Assembly (NCBI RefSeq): GCF_000181795.1
Contig: NW_003526943.1
Location: forward strand, 9,842,849 to 9,906,848
DNA length: 64,000 nucleotides
Source: Trichinella spiralis
Lineage: Eukaryota
Reading direction: 5' to 3'
The notes under the pieces were generated by a model, which made no database searches, had not been told where the DNA came from, and was given only the letters and a program-made list of their open reading frames with translations. Both the position numbers and the translations under genes were made by a program. Positions 53,598-64,000 of this stretch are shown in pieces; positions within the stretch are counted from its first letter, which is position 1, and each line of letters starts with the position of its first letter.

Positions 53598-56092
53598 ACC
53601 TAGATCAATGTTCAAAAGATTAAACGAAAAACTATACATAAGAATTAGATTTTTCAGAAAATGATGCTAAAACCAACATAAAACAACAAAACATTTTACG
53701 AGCAATTCACAGTTCAAAAGTGAAACAAAAATATGAAAAAAATGTTAACACGAAAATGTGAAAAAGTATGAAACCGTCGTCAGGCAAATCACACGGATGG
53801 ATTAGTGCAATACAAATCAGAGCATGCAGCCGACATAGTAGGCAAAAAATACAGTAGTACAAGACAATCAAGGTTAAATATTTGTTTAAGTGGTTGAAGA
53901 TTTCAAACATTTTTACACATTTCAATAATGAAGTACAAGCACATATTTTTAAAAATCTTGCTTTAGAAAATAAAAGTAATTTATTTTTTCAAATTTTTAT
54001 AATTATTTAAAATATTTTTTGATTATGATTTTGATCAATACTTATTTATCAAAAAAACATCTTAAATGAAATCTCAAATCTTTCTCTTTAACACAAAAAC
54101 AGTTAATTACAATCACATATATCACTATAATAATTGCAATGAGGTCACAGGGGTCAGTTTTCTGTGTCAATTTTTGTTCTGAAAGGATTATATTCTGAAA
54201 TTATTTCTTTCACTTGGCACAACGATTTTTGCTTATTTTATAATGGTTTCTACGGCTATTGTTTTTCATATATCTGATAATAAAAATTTTCGATTCAGCT
54301 AATTTTCTATTTCTGTGCATTATTATTTCTGGGTTACGTATTGTGAATTGATATTAATTGTGTCGTCAGGAAAGTTTAATAACAGGAATGTAATTTCTCA
54401 TTCATTTATACTGTATCTTTCGAAATTGCCCAAGAAAGGGCTACACAAAAAGAAAAATAGCAGTTGAATGTTAAATTTTAAAAAAATATAAGAACACCTT
54501 GTACCATTTTTTCAGATTGCAGTTTTTAATTTAAAGTGTAAATTATATCAGGAAGTCTTCTCAAAACATTTCACAGTACGAAATAACTTTGAAATAAATG
54601 ACAAGCAGCATAAACAATGAGAACTTGATTCTCCGCAAAGAATATTAAAAATTTGCAAAGTGAAGCGTTTTTCACATAATGTTTTAATTTTGAGAAGCTT
54701 TAAATTACGTAAACAAGCGCATGTGGCTGAATGCATTTGCGCAGGATGACGTAATCTGAGCTGAGGAAAAGAAAAAGTACTTGCTATTGCATTATGAAAG
54801 TTGAAAACATAGACGGAACTGCTTGTTTAAGCAGAACAATGAAAATATGTTTTTCTGATCTTCCTAACGACGGTCATAATCGACGGCTTGTAAAAGCGAA
54901 ACGAAATTCATCAGTATATTCAGGTAAATGAAATCTCTAAAATCACATTTGTTTAAATTAAGTGATGAAAAGCGTTGTTTAAAATTTAATTCGCTATCAT
55001 TTCTTATCTATTTAAGCAACTCCAATAGATTCTCATTTATAAATATCGTGCCCAATCTAAAACTTTTATTAACTGTCACACTACAATATAGTGATTTATG
55101 TTTGTTTCTCATATTTGCGTATGATCAACTTTCTTCGAAATATTATCAAATAACAAATATTATAAATAAAAAAATATTCATTTTATTCAATTTAGTAACA
55201 ATAATTTTGTAATATTTTAATATACTTTTTCGTTAATAATGCTTGATTCAGTTAATGCACACATATTTAAAGTAAAACAATTTTTCTGACGTAATATTTT
55301 TTCTCACTTAAAACAGCAAAACTTTGGTTTGAACAGCTGCTAAAATTTGCTTTTGGGCATCAGCTGAAACTTTACTTTTTTCAGTTGCCGAAAGGGGGTA
55401 AAGTAAAAATTCTTAAATTCTTCTTTTCACTTTTAGCTCATGTTTTTCAAACGTCACATTTTGAAACGATCTCATGACAAATCTGAAAAACAGTGCGAAC
55501 AACAAAATCAGTGAATTCTTCATTTATACAATTTTTCATATTCGTAATAATGAAGCTGTGGTTTTTATTCATTTATTACTTTATGAAGAAATTGCAGAAA
55601 CATGCAGTTCAGTGAATTTGATTTATTTTGCTTTTAATTAACTTTATTTCAAAGCTAATATTTCATTTGCATATTAAAAAGACTTTTTCCAAAAAAAACT
55701 GCATATTTCGTACTGATAATGAAGGATACTAAAAATTTGCACAATATTCACCATTTTTATTATCACACTGCAAAACTATTTTAAATGTGATATATTAAAA
55801 TCCATTGCATTTATATCATCATCTAATTTCAACAGTGTCAAAATATTATTTCATAATGTCTTTTTTCACACATTTTCATTATATATATCTGCATGTAAAA
55901 ATACAGAAAATAATATAAATAAAAAATTCTTTTAAATGCTATATCCGTATTCATAATGTTTTAAATATGAAATTTATGTTCCTATTTTATATTGATGATT
56001 ATACGTTTATTTTTCATTTTCATTTCATTTTAGCCAGGTTAATTGAAACTGCCAATTGTTTTCTTTCTTTCTAACAACAAAACAAGCTACAA

Positions 56093-56686
56093 ATGGCTCC
56101 TTATTACTACGATAGACTCACTAACTACTTGTCTGAATCTCAGCCTGTGAAACTGTATGATTCTGTCATTAGACGAAGTTTTAGTTCAACTCAAGATCTT
56201 GTATCCAGATACAACCCACATTCATCACTTTCTGTTTATTATCCAGAATCAAAAAGCTTGTTACGAAGAAGCCGCAGTGTAGATTATATTTCAACAAATC
56301 CATTCTATCCAGTCACACATGCTATACCTGATTATCCAATGCGCAGGTATGATCTGTATGTGCCTGGAACGTGGAGTTATCCAATATGGAAATATTTGTA
56401 TGAACCGACCAGTTATTATTCTACACCCTTACATACTCGATATTATGAAGATTATCGCAGCCGATTTCGATATCCACTCAGTACTTACTATTTAGCCGGT
56501 GAATTAGATTATTATTGCAGAGATTTAAATCGCACCTTGAACCGATATGATTACTTGAGATACAGATATCATACTCTATATCCAACGTATCGTTTCTACT
56601 ACGGTACAGGCTTGCATAGCTTGCGACATTATGTTGGCTATCGATCTTATCCAAATTATTATACAATTTACACTTATTGGTACTAA
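56093..56686 (+). CDS. Tyr/Arg/Ser-rich protein of unknown function (197 aa, single coding exon)
   Basis: Uninterrupted ORF in very AT-rich surroundings with strongly biased composition (about 42 Tyr by hand count). A strong acceptor TTTTCATTTTAG lies about 60 nt upstream of the ATG. Confidence 0.8.
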   Translation: MAPYYYDRLTNYLSESQPVKLYDSVIRRSFSSTQDLVSRYNPHSSLSVYYPESKSLLRRSRSVDYISTNPFYPVTHAIPDYPMRRYDLYVPGTWSYPIWKYLYEPTSYYSTPLHTRYYEDYRSRFRYPLSTYYLAGELDYYCRDLNRTLNRYDYLRYRYHTLYPTYRFYYGTGLHSLRHYVGYRSYPNYYTIYTYWY

Positions 56687-58820
56687 ATTTCAACAACTTA
56701 AAAGCATAGAAAAGAATCTATTTACATTAGCATTTGAAATCTGATTATTCACTAATTCACCGTCTTACAGTGTTAGGTAATTTTACAGAAATTTAATTTA
56801 AAATGTGCCATCAGTACTGCTTATTGTTCCTTATGAATTTTAAAATAAAAAGTGCTTTTATGAAAAATCATGTACTACGCATTTATTTTCAATATTTAAC
56901 ATTAACTGCAAATTTGAAGTGTTTTATATTATTGAAATATATGTTCAAACTTAATGTTGTTAAATTAATGAGTAATAATGTGAATAATAAATGAAAATAC
57001 ACCAAACAATTAATTTAGCTATATGTTAAAAATAAAATTGTCATATTTTATGAAGAAACTTTAGGAAAATTATGATTACATGAAATAAAAATGTCGGGCA
57101 AAAGTGATTGTCAAGTTAATTCGTTATAATAAAAAAATGCTTTAAATTACATATATTAATTTGTTCGATGCGGACGAATAATTCTTTGATTTGAAATTTA
57201 TAATTCAATCTAATTGTTGTAATAAACAAATTTTCGCTATTAATAATACAGATATAACTGAATCTGTGTTTTGATTTGACTAGTTTTTATTAATTATTAT
57301 TACAAAACGAACTGGTTGCAAAATGAACAGCAATAAAGAAGCATAATATCAAACAATAGTTGTAAATGGTAGAACTGTTGAAGCAAATAATTTTATAATT
57401 TTTGAAAATAATTAAAATTCACACATCTTTAACATTGCTGTTTGTTTTAAAATAAAAACTAAAATTTATAAAAGTTACACAGCATTTATAGGTAAAAAAA
57501 TTGAATTTTAAACAGCAGATAATAGCAACTGCAAAAGTTGGTTTCCAGTAATATTTATGAGCAATTGAAACTAGATTTAAAACTGCTGCATTATTTATAA
57601 AACTCGTTTCTACGTTCGCAGAATATCAGAAATTGCAAATTATATTTCAGAATGTACAAAGCATGCTACATCGAATTGTTTGTGTTATTTTTTATTGATG
57701 TTTCAAAGGTTAGTACCGCTGTTGAAGCTTTGTTTTAAATAAAATTAAATTCACAAATAGTGCAATTCGATAAACATTATGAAGGGTATTGGAAGCGAAG
57801 ATTTTGTTCAATAAACAAAGCTAATGCAATTTTTGTTGAATGATGCGATTATTTTCAAATGCTACCTCCACCTTTTCTTCAGTATTCATTAATGCATGCA
57901 ACAAACAAATACGTATACATTTATACAGTATTCTGTATGGTTTGAAATAATAAAATTTTTTAACCCATTGTTTTGTTGGAGACATTATATCTGCTTAAAT
58001 TATATTAAAATATTTTGAATATTTATTTGAAACTGTTTGAAAACTTAAAAAATCAATTGCGGTGAGATTAAATATTATTTTCAAATTATATTTCCTGAAG
58101 TGATAAAAAATGATTACAACGCGTAACTGATTTATTATTATTTATTTGCAAATATTTGATTAATACAACTTCTGGAGATAGTTCGTCAGTAAATATGCTT
58201 TTATATGTTGAACGTAGGATTGTCAGATAATTAAATATTTAATGCACCAATTAATTTTTGTTAAAAATTTTAAGTAAATTTTAATATGATGCATAACTTT
58301 TAACGTGAAATTCAAAAGTGATTTCTACTATCTACAAGATGATGTTATAAATTGCATATTTTTTTAATATGATTAATTTGCAATTTCACTTAAAAACAAA
58401 CATATGGGAGCGTTTTGTACTGAAGGATTTTTGGAATATGATGGAAAAAATGCATAATATTCTCTAACTTAAGAAATTTTTCAGTATATATTAAAACCAT
58501 ATTTCCATATCTTACTGATTAATTATTATCAATAAAAATTCATCGATCATTAATTCTTTAATTCTGATTTTAAAACAGTTTCATTTTCTGGGTATAAAAT
58601 TTATTATTAAATAAAATTTGACTTCTTAATTCCAAAACTGTTTGCTTTTTGTATATCTTTTAGTTATCATATATTTTGGTGTTTTAATTTTTAAAAATGA
58701 ATTCACATTTTTGCATAGACGAATGTCAACATTATTCCACAAAATGATTCAAACTTTTTTTTAGTGTTCTAAAGTTGCGTTGTGTGAAGAAAAATTCCAT
58801 TACGTCAAATAGCAAACAAA

Positions 58821-61728
58821 ATGACAACGCTGGAAAATAAACTGCACCTTGCTTTATCAACAATTGGTTTGCTGATAATGCTCTTTCATAAAAGCAATGG
58901 AGATAGGCAACTCATTTTTGTGCACGTGGTATGTTACAGTTCATGTATAAAAGTATTAGCATTTCATTAATCACTGAGATATTATAATTTGCATAATGAG
59001 CGTATTGTGCCACATCATCATTAAATGGTTGGATAGAATGATTTACTTAATGACATAATTCAGCGATAGTTGCAAACGTCAAGATTCTATCTATGCAGTT
59101 GCAAAAGATTAATATCTTATATTTAAATTTTATCAATAGTAGTTCTGCGCCATCAATCAATAAAGTTAATTACTTTGATTGAAAGGGCAATCATTTCTGC
59201 AGGTACACAATTTTGGTCAGAAATTCATTTTTGCATTTTTATAGATACTCAAAAAGAAACAAACATTAAACAGTTTTTGTATATTGAACTAAATTCAAGT
59301 AAAAAATGGATAAATACAATAAGTAAAATTTTAAATAGCTTAAGCTTATTTCTGTTGCATATTCAGTTCATATATATGTATTGATAATTTGAATTTTTAA
59401 ATATTAAATTATCATAAAAGCTTATGACTGTAGATATACTGTGAGATTGTGCAATTGCAGATGTGGCGCCATGGTGCCAGAGCTCCTCTAACTTTGTTTC
59501 CGTCTGAGTACGATCAGACAATCCAAAATTGGCCAAACGGATTGGGCGAATTGACTCCAGTATGATTAATTTAATTTGAAAACTTTATCAAAATTTCTAC
59601 ATTCACAAAATGAAATTATTTAGTTGGGAATTTTGCAACAATTTCAACTGGGAACTTTTTTGCGACAACGTTATGAAAAGCTGATTCCAAAATACAAATC
59701 GGATGCGGTGAGATTAAATATTATTTTTATTGTTTTGTGCATTAAATAAATTTAAATTAGATTTACATTCGTTCAACGGACTCCAATCGAACAATCATGA
59801 GCGCAATGGCAAATCTTGCGGGCATGTTTCCGCCTGAAAATAGCCAAAATATTTTAAACTTAACTTGGCAGCCAATTCCTATTCACACGATTCCCAAAAC
59901 GTTGGACAAGGTTTGAAATTTTAAAACTAATTCCATTAAACATTGGGCACTTTATTTTAGAATAGTGTCCATGCAAATTATAGTATTAGAGGCTGTGCTG
60001 AAAAAAGCAATAATTTAAAAGCTAAATTATTACTTTGTTAATAATTGGTCATTGTATCAATGGGATTAATTTTTCACCTTTATCATTGCAAAAAATTTGT
60101 CTCTTTATTTTGAATGATTTAAACTTAAATTCAAAAATACGACTTTAATTCATTTTGATTAAATTTAAGGTATTGGATGTCACGTATTCAACGTGCCCGT
60201 ATCCAGATCACGTGTTCTACAGTGAGGAGATGAATTCTGAAACTGTGCGAGCAATAATGGAAGAAAAGGCCGCTCTTTTTGATTTTCTCAGAGAACGTAC
60301 AGGTTTAGAAATTCCAACTTTTACCGACATATTTGATGTTTATGATTTATTGAACTGTGAGGTATGACACAGTGGGTTGTTTTGTATATTCAAATTTAGT
60401 TGTAAGTTGTAAGTTGTATATTCAAATTTGAATTTTTAAAAATAATATTTTAATTTTTTTGTTTATTCAAAAAGCGATGTAAAAGTTGAGAAATATGAAT
60501 ACAAAATAAATCATGCACAATCTCAGGATGGAATTTTATAAATGCTCAACGGACAATTACTTCAGAAAGCTCACAATATGGTCGAAACAAATCGAACATG
60601 GATGAATGAAGCGCTTTTTAAAGAAATTGAAGATTTATTTTTAAAGTCTACTCTTCACTATTACAGCAACTCGAAAATCACCCCTTTTCGTGGAGGTATT
60701 GTTATTATTATAACATCTCAAATATATATAATCATTGACATTGATTTTTTAAATTATATTTTTCTTCAAGTTCACTTATTTATATTTTTGATAAGTACAA
60801 ATAATCATAAGGTGAGTATTGATTTTTGACATATTAAATTTCATATCGTTATTTTGACAGTTCAAAATTTTTTCTTTTAAAAAACTTTGCATACTGTTTA
60901 ACTGGAACTGAAAAATTCAGTTCTTCATTTCCAATCCAACAGGCCCCCTGTTGCAAAGCGTTGCAGAAGTGCTGATGAAAAAAGCAAAAAGAATTTACAA
61001 CGATCAGCTGAAATACATGGCTTATTCTGCAGTATGAAAAAATATCCATTGCATTTTCTTCTGATTTTGGTTTTTTTAATTTTCAGTAAAACTTTTCAGC
61101 ATGAAACTGGAATAATTGCGTTTTTCACAAGTATGCAAATTTACAATACATCATTGATCCCAGATTTTGCAGCTTGCATCATGACAGAGCTTTACGAAGA
61201 AGAAGACGGTACTTACACTGTTGATGTGAGTAATTCTTTGCAATCATTATCACTTTCATTTGTTGCTTACAATAATATAATTTAAATCTAGATTATTGCA
61301 AAAGTAATATGCATATGTTTTTAATTAAATAAATAAATAAATAAATACATACATATATATTTTTTAATTAGATTCTGTACAAAAGAAGCTTGAAAGAGGA
61401 AGTGCAAGTTTTGGAACTTCCGTGGTGCGGAACAGTTTGCAATTTGGAAACTTTTATCAACTGGAGCAACAATATAGCGGTAAAAGATTGGGAAAAAGAA
61501 TGCGGTCTCAGGAGGGAAGAAAATTTTTCAGAACTTCAGCAACGTAAATTTTATGTTTTTTCTTATTGAAAAATTAATTATGAAATTTTAAAAGGAAGAA
61601 TTTTTTTTGAAGGCAGAGAAGTGATCTTTTTATCAGTAGCGCTGATTGTCGCCATCACCGGATTGTGTATTTTGTCAGTGATGTATTATCAACTGAAAAC
61701 ATTGATCAAATTGAAAATTCCTGACTGA
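58821..61728 (+). CDS. Histidine acid phosphatase (lysosomal/prostatic ACP2/ACP3-like), type I membrane protein
   Basis: Signal peptide, LIFVHV|MWRHGARAP (RHGxRxP), GLGELTP.G, IYIRSTDSNRTIMSAMANLAGMFPP, WQPIPIHT, YSA|HET, PDFAACIMTELY, and a C-terminal TM followed by YYQL...IPD*. Confidence 0.92.
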
Positions 61729-62209
61729 ATATACGAAGCTTGTGAAAAAAAGGCAAAGAATTATTACGAATTTTTGAATGTACGAATTTACTTTGAAAAT
61801 AGATGATAATCTATTTTATAAAAATAATAATTAAAATATTAAGAATTAATATTATGAAAATATTTTTAAAAAAGTGATCAAATCAAAGCTTTTGATAAGC
61901 AAACGATGTGAAATAAAATCATGGAAAGCATGGAAAAGTATAAGTAAGCTGAACATTGCTTTTTCATTATTGTTGTATGCATGTATGTTGTATGTATGGA
62001 AACTCGCATACAATGCAACGAATAAATATATTTTACAATACTCAAACTCATCATACGGACAGTATGCACGAAAAATATAAAATCATTTGAAAATTTGAAA
62101 TTTCAACAAGGTTAAAAAAGAAACAAGCTCACAACCGTTTTTTAAATCATTCGAGTCATTTGCTGTATGAAAATCAGTTTTTGTTTCACAGAAAATTTAT
62201 AACTTATAG

Positions 62210-62623
62210 TGTTGAGAAATCTTTTCTCTATACCTGCTCATCACTACACAAAACTCCCCACGGTCAAAAGGTGAGCGTCATGCTGTATGCTTGCCACAAC
62301 TGAGGTGGTCGGATGTTGAAAAGGCGTCAAAGTGAAATAGTTCTGATAGTGCGGCTGTTCAGACCCAGCGAAGTCGCACAGTCTAATCGATTGCGCAACC
62401 AAGCCGATTTCCTAATTGTTTTTCGAGATTCAGACGCGGAGTCAGGTCAAGAAAAAAGTATAAATACGAGTCAGGAAGGAGGAGGGAAAAATACTACGGA
62501 TCACGCCATCTGTAAGATCGCTTGAACCGTCTTTTGCTTGCTATCCCACTGTTCCATTCCTTGTTTGAACTTAATAAATCGAATTTCATCACACACCTCA
62601 TTATTGATTATCTATGAATAACA
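62210..62623 (+). mobile_element. Candidate solo LTR (414 bp)
   Basis: GC-enriched island with TGTT...AACA termini flanked by TATAG and TATAC (4/5 match). TATAAATA at 62459-62466 is followed by AATAAA at 62573-62578, the U3-R-U5 order. Confidence 0.6.
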
Positions 62624-63233
62624 TATACAGTCCACTACAAAAAAGATCTTTAAGTTCGAACCAGAAAAATTTCCCAACATAGAATTAAACAAACTCAAAA
62701 CATCAAAAAATTAATAGCATGAAAAAACAGGAAACTTCATTAAAATAATATCTCGTTTTTATAATCACAAATGTTTATAGATTATAAAACCTTAAAATCA
62801 AGGATGAAACTTTTTCTGGAATATTTCCCTAAAATACTTGAAATTTTTTAATACTGTAACGAAATTTCAATGAAGACAAGTAATGCATTTTGAAATATGT
62901 TACACTTCTGGATTTACTTTACATTTTTTTATAACTTACCATACCATAATAAAAATTCGATCAGTACATATTTTAAAATGCAGATAAAGTTAAATTCACT
63001 CCGGTTTACATAGTAAAGTTTATTATTATTATTTTCAAATCTCTTTGAAGTTAGTGTTGTACATACACAATTTTGTATAACTGAACTTCACGCTTTCTTA
63101 ATAACAATGCACATTTGCTTAAATTTCATGTGAAAACCTTGTGCTTGAATGTGCTCTTGCAAAGTAATCGGCATTTCACAAATTAAGTTTATTTTCCTTC
63201 TAAATTATTAATATTCATTATGTTCATCACTGA

Positions 63234-64000
63234 TTAATCATGTTCTTCGCAAACGCTCGCCTGTCGAACCACGTTTTCAGGTATCGCTTCAGTCAGCATT
63301 TTGGTTTTCAACAATAAAATCAACTCAATTTTAATTTCATCACCGGCACCCATCCCATACCAAACTGTAATAAACATTTACATAATCTAGTGCAAAAACC
63401 AGAAAAAAGAAATCAAAGAAGGAACTTCGGTTTTCATGACAAAATAAAACCAGATATATAACTAATACGTGAGTTCAATTCTTTAATTGAAGCTTTCAAA
63501 TCGACGTTGCGCTTTTCCAAACTTTCCAGTTCTGCATCCAGAGCTAACTTCTCCATCTTCTTCCGCTGCCTGTACCTCTGTGCAGCTTCTTTATTCATGC
63601 GACGCTTCCGTTTGACATCACCCACATCACAACTTTTCTTTTCACTCCGGTTTCTTCTGTAGTTATGATCAGAAACTGACTTCACGTTATTTTCATCAAT
63701 TTTACTTAATGCTGCAATAGATTAAAAAAAATAATGCATAAATAATACGCTACTTCTAAACAAAATCAAACTTACTTTCACATTCAGATGGAGAAGGCTG
63801 ATGGTTGTTAATCGAGGACAGATTATTATCTGCAGAACAAGATTCGGCCACTACTGATTCATTCAGCCTCTTTTCTTCATTCAACGCCGACATATTCCAA
63901 TCACACTTATATTCGTCATCAAAAAAGTCCCCTGTCTTTGTTTCATTTCCGGCATAAACAGAACCTTCCAACAGCTCATCAACTTTATTACTAAATTCCC
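63234..64000 (-). CDS. ATF4/ATF5-like bZIP transcription factor, 3' part (5' end outside window)
   Basis: SDHNY motif, then KRKRRMNKEAAQRYRQRKKMEKLALDAELESLEKRNVDLKASIKELNSRISY. A probable spliced last exon at 63364-63234 ends VCEEHD*; unspliced, the frame stops at 63434. Confidence 0.8.

Noticed and set aside
55721..55730. U12-type 5' splice-site-like RTATCCTT motifs (minus strand here; plus strand near 13262 and 19355)
   Set aside because: None falls at an exon boundary of a gene on the matching strand. All introns I traced look like U2-type GT-AG.

Overview
AT-rich, gene-dense eukaryotic DNA with many short GT-AG introns. The style suggests a clade I nematode such as Trichinella, which is an inference and not a database match. 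I can support 15 spliced or single-exon protein-coding genes: cathepsin F-like protease, Msx homeobox, an ICE1-like coiled-coil protein, CCDC6, a secreted dermatopontin-like protein, POLD2, a TspanC8 tetraspanin, BRD7/9, PWP2, SF3B4, CXXC1/CFP1, SPT6, a Tyr-rich orphan, a membrane-anchored histidine acid phosphatase, and an ATF4/5-like bZIP cut by the window edge. Mobile DNA comprises a decayed piggyBac, a MULE transposase remnant, two solo-LTR candidates and a 54-bp GC-rich TGT...ACA micro-element with a 4-bp target-site duplication. I see no tRNA, rRNA or CRISPR array and no clearly new multi-gene system. The best leads are degenerate chromatin-reader modules (CFP1 CXXC, BRD7/9 bromodomain), the ICE1-like and dermatopontin-like assignments, and the micro-element. 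Exon boundaries were read by eye, and family calls rest on recalled motifs rather than searches.
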